Made by a program: the position numbers and the translations under genes. From Coriobacteriia bacterium (GTDB taxonomy: Bacteria; Actinomycetota; Coriobacteriia; Anaerosomatales; JBAZZO01): a stretch of 64,000 bases of DNA. The notes below the pieces were generated by a model. That model did not search any database and was not told the origin of the DNA. It saw nothing but the letters and a program-made list of their open reading frames with translations. Of the stretch, positions 16,773-25,574 are shown piece by piece; the first letter of the stretch is position 1, and every line of letters starts with the position of its first letter. The stretch is from NCBI GenBank assembly GCA_041658765.1, contig JBAZZO010000002.1, forward strand, positions 76,891-140,890. The letters are read 5' to 3'.

Positions 16773-18111
16773 CCTTGAACCTCTCGAGTCTGACGGGCTC
16801 GTCGGGGCCGATGCCGGCCTTGCGGCGCGCGATCTCGACCTGCTTCAGCGCCGTGTCGACGCCCTCGAGGTCGGGCAGGAGCAGGCCGCGGCGAAGATCC
16901 CGCGACACGATGACGCCGTAGGTGTGAGGGTCGAGCGCCTCCAGAGACTGGACGGGCTCCGCTTCGTGCAGAACGTCGACGCTGATGTCCAGGTCTGCGA
17001 GCTCGCGCTCGGTCAGCGGCGGGAAGCGCGGGTCCCGGGTGGCCGCCTGCACGGCGTTGTGCGCGATCTCGTCGGCGAGTGTCGGTTGCGTCGCGACGAT
17101 CGTTCCGATGCAGCCGCGAAGCTCGCCGCCACGATGGAGGCTGACGAACGTGCCCGCCCTGCCGGAAAGGAGCGGATCGGAGCCGGGGTCGGCGATCGCG
17201 ACGGATCCCGTGCGCACGTACGACTCGATCGTGCGGCGTGCGAGCGTGACCGGCGGACTCTCGTCGTCGCCGGGTGAGCCGCCCTTGAGGCCGGCATGCG
17301 GCGTGGCGCGCGATAGCGCCGTCAGGTATCCCACGCCCCACGGTCCCTCGTAGGCGAGCAAGCGCGTCTCGGCGTCCGTCCCCTCCAGGAAACCGCCCAG
17401 TGTCACGAAAGAACGCAACCCGCACTCGCCCGCCTCCTCCTGAAGGACGGGATCGGCCGAGACGAGGCCTCCTAGGTCGCCCTCGGCCACGCGCTCGACG
17501 AGCCACGCGTCGAACTCGGCGGCGCGTGGCGAGAATCCTCCAGGAGCCTCGCGGGTCAAGCGGTGCGAGCAGTCGCCGCTGGCGACGAAGGCGACGCGGC
17601 GGCCGATCGCCGACGCCGCTGCACGGACCGCTTGACCGAATGCCGCGTGCGTCGCGAGCGGCAAGAAGGACAGCGAGAGGACGAGGAGCGGGTAGCGGCC
17701 CTCGCGATCGAGGAAGCTCATCGGGACGAGCACACCGTGGTCGAGATCACCCGGACGCAGGGCGTTCGAGGCGTCTCGACCGAGCGCTGGGATGCCTGCC
17801 TCGTTGGCGGCGTCGAGCACGGCCGATGCGAGTGCTTCGTCGCCGGGCGTGTCGAGACGAACCTCCGGCGCGCCGAACATCGACAGGTCGCCGGAGAGAC
17901 GCGTCGACGTCTCGACTGCGAAAGCGTCCCTCGCGACCGGCGCGTGCGGGGACATCACGATGACGGTCTCGGGCGCGAACTCGGAGAGCGCTTCGGCGGC
18001 GGCGCGCATCGCGCGTGCCGAATCGGCGGTCACGTGGGCACGCGTCCCGCCGACCTCGGGGACCATGATGGGCGGATGCGGGGCGATGACCCCGAGGACG
18101 TCCGTGGACAA
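16756..18111 (-). CDS. Fusion protein: class III extradiol dioxygenase/Memo-like (LigB-fold) N-domain + AMMECR1 C-domain
   Basis: The N-terminal half has APHPPIMVPEVGG, DLDHGVLVP and SGDCSHRL, a LigB/Memo-like metal-site pattern. The C-terminal half has GTFVSLHRGGELRGCIGT and DPRFPPL, typical of AMMECR1. Confidence 0.75.
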   Translation of the reverse strand: MSTDVLGVIAPHPPIMVPEVGGTRAHVTADSARAMRAAAEALSEFAPETVIVMSPHAPVARDAFAVETSTRLSGDLSMFGAPEVRLDTPGDEALASAVLDAANEAGIPALGRDASNALRPGDLDHGVLVPMSFLDREGRYPLLVLSLSFLPLATHAAFGQAVRAAASAIGRRVAFVASGDCSHRLTREAPGGFSPRAAEFDAWLVERVAEGDLGGLVSADPVLQEEAGECGLRSFVTLGGFLEGTDAETRLLAYEGPWGVGYLTALSRATPHAGLKGGSPGDDESPPVTLARRTIESYVRTGSVAIADPGSDPLLSGRAGTFVSLHRGGELRGCIGTIVATQPTLADEIAHNAVQAATRDPRFPPLTERELADLDISVDVLHEAEPVQSLEALDPHTYGVIVSRDLRRGLLLPDLEGVDTALKQVEIARRKAGIGPDEPVRLERFKVDRYL

Positions 18112-18191
18112 CTCCTACCCTCTCGTCGGGTCTGGATTACCATTCCACGAACCGGCATGCGCGTAAACCGGGCCTGCATCGCCGGTCCATC

Positions 18192-19517
18192 TCAAGTGTG
18201 CTCCTTGCCGAGAAGGAACCAGGTCTGCGCCTCGACGATGTCCACGCCGAGGAACGTTCCGGCGAGCTTGCGTGCGCGCGCTGGCGGGCATGGGACGTGG
18301 ACGACCTTGTTGGAGCCGGTGCGGCCGACCAGCATGCCGCTGTCGCGTTTCGAGGGGCCCTCGACGAGGAGGGTCTCGCGCTTTCCCACGAGTGCGGCGT
18401 TGCGATCGAGCGCCGAGGTGTGGACCACTTCGACGAGCTGGTCGAACCGCTCCTGGGCGATGTGGCGAGGCACCTGTCCCGACATCGCGGCCGCCGGGGT
18501 GCCCTCACGCGGGGAGTAGATGAAAGTGAAGGTCTGGTCGAAGCCCACGGTTCTCACGAGGTCGAGGGTCGCGGCGAAGTCCTCGTCCGTCTCCGCCGGG
18601 AAGCCGACGATGATGTCGGTGGAGAGCGCGAGGTCGGGCATCGCGGCGCGCAGTCTCCCGACGAGCGCGAGATAGTCCGCAGCCGTGTACTTCCGGTTCA
18701 TCGCCCCGAGAACGCGGTCCGAACCGGACTGGACGGGCAGGTGCAGGTACCGGCAGACCGCTGGGGTCTGGGCCATGGCCTCGATGGTCTGGTCGCACAG
18801 GTCCTTCGGGTGGCTCGTCGCAAAGCGGACACGAGGCACGCCGGAGGTGGAGACGGCGCGCAACATCTCGGCGAATCTCGGCTCGCCGTACCGGTCGCGT
18901 CCGTATGAATCGACGTTCTGCCCGAGGAGCGTGATCTCGAGGACGCCGTCGGAGACGAGCCACTCGACCTCCGACGTGACGTCTTCGAACACACGGCTGC
19001 GTTCGGGACCGCGCACGTACGGGACGACGCAGTACGAGCAGTGGTTGTCGCAGCCGACCGTGATGGGGACCCAAGCGTGCCTACGGTGGGCGCGACGCGT
19101 GGGAAGGTCGCTGGCGAAGCCGGCCGTGGAGTCAAGAGTCTCCACAGCCGGAGACCGGCGTTCCCTGGCGGTCTCGAGGAGCGCCGGGAGGTGTGCGATG
19201 TTGTGCGTCCCGAAGACGACGTCGACGTGCGGCAGATCGCGCAAGAGCCGCTCTCCGTCGCGCTGTCCGATGCAGCCGCCGACGGCGATCAGGACGTCGG
19301 GGCGCCCGCCGGTCTTGAGGCGCTTGAGCGAAGCCACCTGGCCTCGAAGCCGCTCGTCCGCTCGCTCCCGCACGCAGCAGGTGTTGAAGACGACGACGTC
19401 CGCGTCCTCGGGTCTCGAGACGGGAGAGAGGCCGTCGGCTTCGAGGAGGCCCGCGATACGCTCGGAGTCGTGTTTGTTCATCTGGCACCCGAAGGTGCGG
19501 ACGAGGTAGGTGCGCAC
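18192..19517 (-). CDS. miaB: tRNA-2-methylthio-N6-dimethylallyladenosine synthase (radical SAM methylthiotransferase)
   Basis: MRTYLVRTFGCQMNKHDSE, radical-SAM CDNHCSYCVVP and a C-terminal TRAM region. GTG start at 19517. Confidence 0.92.
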   Translation of the reverse strand: MRTYLVRTFGCQMNKHDSERIAGLLEADGLSPVSRPEDADVVVFNTCCVRERADERLRGQVASLKRLKTGGRPDVLIAVGGCIGQRDGERLLRDLPHVDVVFGTHNIAHLPALLETARERRSPAVETLDSTAGFASDLPTRRAHRRHAWVPITVGCDNHCSYCVVPYVRGPERSRVFEDVTSEVEWLVSDGVLEITLLGQNVDSYGRDRYGEPRFAEMLRAVSTSGVPRVRFATSHPKDLCDQTIEAMAQTPAVCRYLHLPVQSGSDRVLGAMNRKYTAADYLALVGRLRAAMPDLALSTDIIVGFPAETDEDFAATLDLVRTVGFDQTFTFIYSPREGTPAAAMSGQVPRHIAQERFDQLVEVVHTSALDRNAALVGKRETLLVEGPSKRDSGMLVGRTGSNKVVHVPCPPARARKLAGTFLGVDIVEAQTWFLLGKEHT

Positions 19518-19527
19518 GGTGACCTCT

Positions 19528-20343
19528 CTACGCCGCTCGCGCCGCGGCGAGCAGCGGTTCGAGGAGACCGTCGGGTACGTCGCAGCATCCGAGGCCGGCG
19601 CCCGCGCCGGGCCCGTGGTAGTCGCTGCCGCCCGTCACGAGGAGACCGAGGCGCTGCGAGACGGAGAGCAGTCCCGCACGGGCTGCTGCGTCGTGTTCGG
19701 GGTGGTAGACCTCGATGCCGAGCAACCCTGCCTCGGCGAGGGACGGGAGAAGGTGCATGGCGCCGGTGACGGCGGCGTGTGCGATGACGGGGACACCTCC
19801 GGCGCCTAACACCAGAGAGATGACCTTGTCCGGTCCGGTGACGGGCTTCGCAACGTAGAACGGGCGTCCTCGACCGATCAGCTGCTCGAACGCATCACGA
19901 AGGGACCGGACGACACCTTGGTCGACGAGCGCGCGCGCGACGTGGCTGCGACCGACGCTGCCGCCCCGAGCGAGCAGGAGCACCTCGTCCATGGACACGT
20001 CGTGTCCGGCGTCGCGCAACGCACAGACCATCGAGCGGGCGCGCGTGAGGCGCGCGGCGCGAAGGTCGTCGAGACATGCGCGGAGGGTGGGGTCCGAAGG
20101 ATCGACGCAGAACCCCAGGATATGCAGGTCGAGTCCACCGACAGCCGCGGAGAGCTCCACCGAGGGGACGACGCGGACGCCTAGAGCTCGGCCGGCGTCG
20201 AGCGCGGGACCGACCCCATCGACGGTGTCGTGGTCGCAGACGGCGATAGCACGCAGCCCGAGCGAAGCCGCGCTCGCGACGAGCTCCTCCGGAGTGAGGG
20301 CCCCATCGGATGCGGTGGTGTGGGTGTGGAGGTCGATGCTCAC
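19528..20343 (-). CDS. PHP-domain metal-dependent phosphoesterase (TrpH/YciV-like)
   Basis: IDLHTHTTASDGALTPEELV...AVCDHDTV plus later His/Asp motifs (HPEH, GGSDYHG). GTG at 20343 is chosen because the ORF-track start at 20502 overlaps spoVS. Confidence 0.8.
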   Translation of the reverse strand: MSIDLHTHTTASDGALTPEELVASAASLGLRAIAVCDHDTVDGVGPALDAGRALGVRVVPSVELSAAVGGLDLHILGFCVDPSDPTLRACLDDLRAARLTRARSMVCALRDAGHDVSMDEVLLLARGGSVGRSHVARALVDQGVVRSLRDAFEQLIGRGRPFYVAKPVTGPDKVISLVLGAGGVPVIAHAAVTGAMHLLPSLAEAGLLGIEVYHPEHDAAARAGLLSVSQRLGLLVTGGSDYHGPGAGAGLGCCDVPDGLLEPLLAAARAA

Positions 20344-20362
20344 GGCCTGGAGGCCGCCGGCG

Positions 20363-20641
20363 TCAGGCCCGGCGGATGTCGCGCGGTTCGATGAGCAGGC
20401 GGATGGCTGTGCGTTCCTCGCCGTTGATCTCGATGTCGGCGAAGGCCGGGACGCAGGTGAGGTCCATGCCGGAAGGAGCGATGAAGCCGCGCGCGATGGC
20501 AACGGCCTTGACTGCCTGGTTGAGCGCGCCGGCGCCGACGGTCTGGACCTCGACGACGCCCTGCTCGCGGATCACGCCCGAGATGGCGCCCGCGACGGAG
20601 TTGGGGTTCGACTTGCTCGACACCTTGAGGACTTCGATCAC
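20363..20641 (-). CDS. spoVS: Stage V sporulation protein S family protein
   Basis: A 92-aa product, MIEVLKVSSKSNPNSVAGAISGVIREQGVVEVQTVGAGALNQAVKAVAIARGF..., matching SpoVS along its full length. Confidence 0.9.
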   Translation of the reverse strand: MIEVLKVSSKSNPNSVAGAISGVIREQGVVEVQTVGAGALNQAVKAVAIARGFIAPSGMDLTCVPAFADIEINGEERTAIRLLIEPRDIRRA

Positions 20642-20743
20642 TGGTACCTCCCAGGCTGCGTCTGTTCGAGGTCTGTGCTGCTGTCGCCGGGTCGAATGTC
20701 CGCCGGCGGGCTTCGATGATGTCGCCGCACGATTATAGCGGGT

Positions 20744-21826
20744 CTAGTCTTCCTTCTCCACCGTGAACGTCACCCTGAGGGTGTCGCGGCCTACCGTCAC
20801 CCTCGGTGTCCCCTTGAGGTGCAGGTAGTAGCGCTCTGCAAGTGCGTCGAAGGCGTGCTCGAGGTCCTTGCGGAACGTGTCGAGGTCCGCATGGTGGATG
20901 CGCAGGCCTCGGCGGTCGCGGTAGAGGTCCACCGGCGCCGGCTCGGCCTGTTCCGGCGCCTCGGACGTGGCGACCACGGCGAGCACGGGCTCGAGGGAGG
21001 TCGTCTCCCCCGCCAGGATGCGGTGCGCCGTGCGTTCTGAGATCGGAAGACCGACGGCAGCCGCCGTGTCCACCAGGTCGGCGGCGTCGGCGCAGACCGC
21101 GGGCCGTTGCCAGACCGGCAGGGCCGCGGAATCGTCGCAGAAGAGGATCCGCGACGCATCGAGCATGGCGCGGGCTTGCTCGTGCAGCGTGGCAAGGACC
21201 TCGGTCGGCGTGCCGAGGAAGACGTCGACCTCGGGGTGCTCGCACGCGAACTCGACGACGCGCCGAACGATGTTGTGAGGACCCCGGCCGACGTGGTAGG
21301 CGCCGTCCTCTGCGCGCTCGACCGACGGCCACGAGGACTGATCGGCCCTCTCCGAGAGACGGCTGGTCTGGGCCCAGACGACGACCGAAGCCCCCTTGTG
21401 GACGTCGGAGGCCACGACGCGAGCCTCGTCAGCGTTCTCGCGGACGGAGTAGAGCGCCATGCCGCGCCCGTGGACGCCCCACCTGTCCATGACCATGGTC
21501 TCGAGCTTCGACGTCACGCGCGGCTCGAAGACCCGCTCGTGCATCGAGCTCGGGATCCCGACGCCGTCGTCGACCACCGTGATCCGGCGCACGTCGCCCT
21601 CGCGCACGCTCGCGATCCATATGCGCTGCGCGTGAGCGTCGCGAGCATTGCGCAAGAGCTCCACGACGACATCTTCGATGCCACGGATGTCGTGCTTCGC
21701 CTGCCGCCGCTCCGCTTCGCTGATGCGGAGCCGCACGTATCCGTCGCCGAGGCTCTCCTCGACCTTGAGATACGCGTCTCCGGACACTGCCGAGACGAAC
21801 CCGATGAGGTCTTCGGAGTCGGTCAT
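20744..21826 (-). CDS. Orphan GHKL-superfamily ATPase-domain protein with an uncharacterised C-terminal region
   Basis: N-box-like ELLRNARDAH, G1 DDGVGIP, F-like VFEPRV and G2-like GVHGRGMAL lie in the first ~150 aa. No DHp/H-box precedes them, and about 200 aa of unknown function follow. ATG at 21826 lies 34 nt after the rny stop. Confidence 0.65.
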   Translation of the reverse strand: MTDSEDLIGFVSAVSGDAYLKVEESLGDGYVRLRISEAERRQAKHDIRGIEDVVVELLRNARDAHAQRIWIASVREGDVRRITVVDDGVGIPSSMHERVFEPRVTSKLETMVMDRWGVHGRGMALYSVRENADEARVVASDVHKGASVVVWAQTSRLSERADQSSWPSVERAEDGAYHVGRGPHNIVRRVVEFACEHPEVDVFLGTPTEVLATLHEQARAMLDASRILFCDDSAALPVWQRPAVCADAADLVDTAAAVGLPISERTAHRILAGETTSLEPVLAVVATSEAPEQAEPAPVDLYRDRRGLRIHHADLDTFRKDLEHAFDALAERYYLHLKGTPRVTVGRDTLRVTFTVEKED

Positions 21827-21860
21827 AGGATCGGTCCTGTCGCGGTGAGGCCCGCAGGCC

Positions 21861-23390
21861 TCACTTGGCGTAGTCGACCGCGCGGCTCTCGCGGATTATG
21901 AGCACCTTGATCTGGCCGGGGTAGTCCATGTCCTCTTCGATCCGCTTGGCGAGGTCGCGCGCCATCACGATCGCGTCGGCGTCGGAGATCTCGTCGGGCT
22001 TGACCATGACGCGTACCTCGCGTCCCGCCTGCATCGCGTAGCATTTCTCCACGCCCGTGAAGCCGTTCGCGATCTCCTCGAGCTTCTCGAGACGCTTGAT
22101 GTAGCTCTCGAGCGTCTCCCGACGAGCGCCGGGCCGTGCCGCCGATATCGCGTCCGCGGCCTGGATGAGAACTGCTTCCACGCTAGCCGGTTCGATGTCG
22201 CCGTGATGGGCCTCGATGCAGTGCAGGACCTCCTTGGGCTCGCCGAAGCGGCGAGCGAGGTCCGCGCCGATGACGGCGTGCGGACCTTCGACCTCGTGGT
22301 CGATGGCCTTGCCGAGATCGTGGAGGAGGCCGGCGCGCTTCGCGAGTTTCGGGTCGATGCCGAGTTCGGAAGCCATGACGCCGGCGAGGTGCGACACCTC
22401 CAGCGCGTGCTTGAGGACGTTCTGGCCGTAGCTCGTGCGGTACTTGAGGCGGCCGAGTGTCCGGACGAGCTCCGCATGGAGACCATGAACGCCGGTCTCG
22501 AAGACGGCCTGCTCGCCGGCCTCGTGGACCTGCTGGTCGACAAGGGTCTCGGCCTTCTTGAACATCTCCTCGATGCGCGCCGGGTGGATACGCCCGTCGG
22601 CGATGAGTGTCTCGAGGGTGATGCGGCCCACCTCGCGACGGACCGGGTCGAACGAGGAGAGGACGACAGCCTCCGGTGTGTCGTCGATGATGAGGTTGAT
22701 CCCGGTGAGCTGCTCGAAGGCGCGGATGTTGCGGCCCTCGCGCCCGATGATGCGGCCCTTCATGTCGTCGCTTGGGATGTGGACGACCGAGACGGTCGAC
22801 TCCGCGGTGTGGTCCGCGGCGACGCGCTGGATGGCGATCCCGACGATGTTGCGGGCCTTCTTGTCGGCGTCCTCGCGGGCGCGCATCTCCGCCTCACGGA
22901 TGAAGGATGCGGCGTCGTGGCTGACCTCTTCCTTGACGCGGGCAAGGAGAACGGCCTTCGCCTCGTCGCTCGTCATGCCGGCGAGGGTCTCCAGCCGGGA
23001 CTTCTCCTCGGCGATGGCGTCCTCGAGTTCCTTCTCGCGCTTCTGGATCTGTCCTTGCGCGCTGGAGAGCTGGTGCTCCCGCTTGTCGAGGCCCTCCGCG
23101 CGTCGCTCTATCGACTCCTCACGCTGCAGGAGGCGGTTCTCGAGGGCGGTCAGCTCCTTGCGGCGTTCCTTGGCTTCGGTCTCAGCCTCCGCCCTCAACT
23201 GGAAGATCTGGTCCTTCGCCTCGACGAGGGACTCCTTCTTGAGCGTCTCGGCCTGTCTCGTGGCGTCCTCGACGATGCGCTCCGCGGACTCGTTCGCGCG
23301 GGTGACGCGGTTCGAGGCGAACCACTTCTGGAACAGGTATCCGAGGACCGCGCCAATGACGATGGCGATCATGATGTAGACGGGTGTCAA
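21861..23390 (-). CDS. rny: Ribonuclease Y
   Basis: N-terminal TM helix, coiled-coil region, KH domain ([26 protein letters not shown]) and HD domain (HDLGKA...). TTG start at 23390 is preceded by GGAAGGAGGGG. The ORF-track start at 23417 lacks an RBS. Confidence 0.92.
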   Translation of the reverse strand: MTPVYIMIAIVIGAVLGYLFQKWFASNRVTRANESAERIVEDATRQAETLKKESLVEAKDQIFQLRAEAETEAKERRKELTALENRLLQREESIERRAEGLDKREHQLSSAQGQIQKREKELEDAIAEEKSRLETLAGMTSDEAKAVLLARVKEEVSHDAASFIREAEMRAREDADKKARNIVGIAIQRVAADHTAESTVSVVHIPSDDMKGRIIGREGRNIRAFEQLTGINLIIDDTPEAVVLSSFDPVRREVGRITLETLIADGRIHPARIEEMFKKAETLVDQQVHEAGEQAVFETGVHGLHAELVRTLGRLKYRTSYGQNVLKHALEVSHLAGVMASELGIDPKLAKRAGLLHDLGKAIDHEVEGPHAVIGADLARRFGEPKEVLHCIEAHHGDIEPASVEAVLIQAADAISAARPGARRETLESYIKRLEKLEEIANGFTGVEKCYAMQAGREVRVMVKPDEISDADAIVMARDLAKRIEEDMDYPGQIKVLIIRESRAVDYAK

Positions 23391-23690
23391 CGCGCCCCTC
23401 CTTCCGGATCGGCACACAAATTCGGCACGGGGGCGTCGTCGGACCGGACGGGATGCGTCCTGGCCGTACCGTCGTTGCGGCTGTTCGCGCGGAACGGGAG
23501 CGCTTGCTGATATGCGAACAGGCCGGACGACGCGGCGCCCGGCAAGTGCGATGCGCTATGCATGAACAGGCGGAACCCGACCGTACTGCGGTCGAACGAG
23601 ACCGCTACCGCGGTCGAACGAGCCCCACCCCTCACACGATCCGGATCCCGAAATGCTCGGTACCCCGGCTCGATCACATTTGCCGCGTCG

Positions 23691-23719
23691 ATATTAGGAT
23701 GCACGGGGCCGAACGTCAA
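23691..23719 (-). promoter_or_regulatory. Sigma-70-like promoter for rny
   Basis: The - strand reads TTGACG-N17-TAATAT. This implies a 5-prime UTR of about 290 nt before the rny start. Confidence 0.55.
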
Positions 23720-23782
23720 GGTCAGGGGGGTCGTGCTCGTGTGAGGCCGATCGCCGTACGGTCGCGGATGGACGACGGGCGG

Positions 23783-24415
23783 TCAGTCCTCGGCGTCGCC
23801 GAGGACGCGTCTCGCGGCCGCGAACGCGTCGCGGACGGAGAAGCCTTTGCGCACGAGGGCCGCCGCAAGGTGTCTCGTGTCGCGACCGCGGCCGGCACGT
23901 ACCAGCGTCGCTGCGAGAGAGTCCGCGCGAGCCGCCTCGGACTCCTCGGGGCATGCCGCGTCGACGATCTCCCGGGCGAGTCCGTCGTCGACCCCCCGAT
24001 GAGCCAGGTCGGCGGCGAGGCGGCGCCTGCCTAGGCCGCGATCGCGAGCGAGAGTGCGGGCGATCGATTCTCCCGTGCGCCGGTCGTCGAGGAGTCCCGA
24101 GGTCAGGAGATCGTCCACGACCATGCGGACGATCTCCTCGCAGTACCCGTCGTCCGCGAGCCGGGACCGGACTTCGGCGGCCGTGCGGTCCTTGAACGCG
24201 AGGAGTCGCAGGGCGCGTTCGTGCGCGCATGGCTGCTCCGCTTCGGCGATCTCTTCCGCCATGTCGCCGATGTCCCGATCGTCTCCGACCGCGAGGCCGA
24301 CGGTGCGGACGACCTCTATCGGGGCCGAGCGCCAGGGCTCGCCGTCGATGAAGACGAGTCGCCTCTTCGAGCCGCGACCGGCCTGCCTCAGCTCCGTGAT
24401 CCTGCCGCGGTCCAC
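23783..24415 (-). CDS. recX: Recombination regulator RecX
   Basis: Repeated three-helix RecX pattern (ERALRLLAFKDRTAAEVRSRL...). It lies immediately downstream of recA with a 13-nt gap. Confidence 0.85.
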   Translation of the reverse strand: MDRGRITELRQAGRGSKRRLVFIDGEPWRSAPIEVVRTVGLAVGDDRDIGDMAEEIAEAEQPCAHERALRLLAFKDRTAAEVRSRLADDGYCEEIVRMVVDDLLTSGLLDDRRTGESIARTLARDRGLGRRRLAADLAHRGVDDGLAREIVDAACPEESEAARADSLAATLVRAGRGRDTRHLAAALVRKGFSVRDAFAAARRVLGDAED

Positions 24416-24428
24416 TCGGTCCGGCCTC

Positions 24429-25496
24429 TCAGGACGTTTCCGGTTCGGGAGCAGGCTCCTTCGGAGTCTTCTTCGCAGCCGCCTTCGCCTCGCCGCTGAT
24501 CGGGAGGGGCAGACCGAGTCGCCCTCGGACTTCGGTCTCGATCGTGTCCCGGATGTCGACGTGCTCCTTGAGGAACTCCTTGGCCTGCTCGCGGCCCTGC
24601 CCGAGACGTTCTTCTCCGTACGTGTACCATGCGCCGGATTTGGCGACGACCCCCTCTTCGACGCCGAGGTCCAGGAGGCTCCCCTCCTTGCTGATGCCCT
24701 GGCCGTACATGATGTCGAACTCAGCCTGCTGGAACGGCGGCGCGACCTTGTTCTTCACGACCTTGGCGCGCACCCGGTTGCCGACGATGTCCGTGCCCTG
24801 CTTGATGGAGTCGATGCGGCGGATGTCGATCCTGATGCTCGCGTAGAACTTGAGCGCCCGGCCCCCGGAGGTGGTCTCGGGATTGCCGAACATCACTCCG
24901 ACCTTCTCGCGCAACTGGTTGATGAAGATGCACGTCGTGTCGGACTTGGAGAGCGAGCCCGCGAGCTTGCGCATGGCCTGGCTCATGAGGCGAGCCTGGA
25001 GTCCGACCGTCACGTCGCCCATATCCCCTTCGAGCTCCGCACGAGGGACGAGTGCCGCCACCGAGTCGATCACGACGACGTCGAGCGCTCCGCTGCGGAC
25101 GAGCATGTCGGTGATCTCGAGGGCCTGCTCGCCGGTGTCTGGCTGGGAGATGAGGAGATCGTCGATGTTGACGCCTAGCCGGTGGGCGTACGAGGGATCG
25201 AGGGCGTGCTCCGCGTCGATGAATGCGGCGACGCCTCCCCCGCGCTGGGCCTCCGCGACGATCTGAAGAGCGAGAGTGGTCTTGCCGCTCGACTCCGGAC
25301 CGTAGATCTCGACGATGCGGCCGCGTGGCACGCCGCCGATGCCGAGGGCCGCGTCGAGCGCGAGCGCGCCGGTCGGGATCGCCTCCACCGACTGCGTGGC
25401 CGCGTGCTCGCCAAGGCGCATCAGCGACCCCTTTCCGAACTTGCGCTCGATCTGCTCCCGGGTGATGTCGAGCATCTTCTGCTGATCGGGTTCCAT
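24429..25496 (-). CDS. recA: Recombinase RecA
   Basis: Full-length RecA with Walker [10 protein letters not shown] and the L1/L2 loop regions. No intein. Confidence 0.97.
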   Translation of the reverse strand: MEPDQQKMLDITREQIERKFGKGSLMRLGEHAATQSVEAIPTGALALDAALGIGGVPRGRIVEIYGPESSGKTTLALQIVAEAQRGGGVAAFIDAEHALDPSYAHRLGVNIDDLLISQPDTGEQALEITDMLVRSGALDVVVIDSVAALVPRAELEGDMGDVTVGLQARLMSQAMRKLAGSLSKSDTTCIFINQLREKVGVMFGNPETTSGGRALKFYASIRIDIRRIDSIKQGTDIVGNRVRAKVVKNKVAPPFQQAEFDIMYGQGISKEGSLLDLGVEEGVVAKSGAWYTYGEERLGQGREQAKEFLKEHVDIRDTIETEVRGRLGLPLPISGEAKAAAKKTPKEPAPEPETS

Positions 25497-25545
25497 GTCC
25501 TGACCGCTCCTCCCTCATCACTGCGAGACCCTGGGGGCCTTCACG

Positions 25546-25574
25546 AAACTACACGAACATACGTTCGGAGTCAA
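25546..25574 (-). promoter_or_regulatory. Sigma-70-like recA promoter
   Basis: The - strand reads TTGACT-N17-TAGTTT, with the LexA box filling the spacer. The -35 overlaps the thpR stop codon. Confidence 0.6.
25554..25567. promoter_or_regulatory. LexA (SOS) box of recA, perfect palindrome
   Basis: CGAACATACGTTCG lies inside the spacer of the recA promoter. Confidence 0.8.

Noticed and set aside
20363-20641. spoVS as evidence that the organism sporulates.
   Set aside because: SpoVS-family proteins are widespread in non-sporulating lineages, and no other sporulation genes occur in the window.
23588-23621. TCGAAC half-sites in the rny leader repeat, considered as additional LexA boxes.
   Set aside because: Neither copy has a GTTC partner at N4 spacing (GAAC-GAGA-CCGC and GAAC-GAGC-CCCA). 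They fit better as arms of RNA hairpins.
23387-23719. 110-aa - strand ORF covering the rny leader.
   Set aside because: It has no RBS and no recognisable motif. It starts upstream of or at the predicted promoter and overlaps the RBS-supported rny start. It is more consistent with a noncoding leader.
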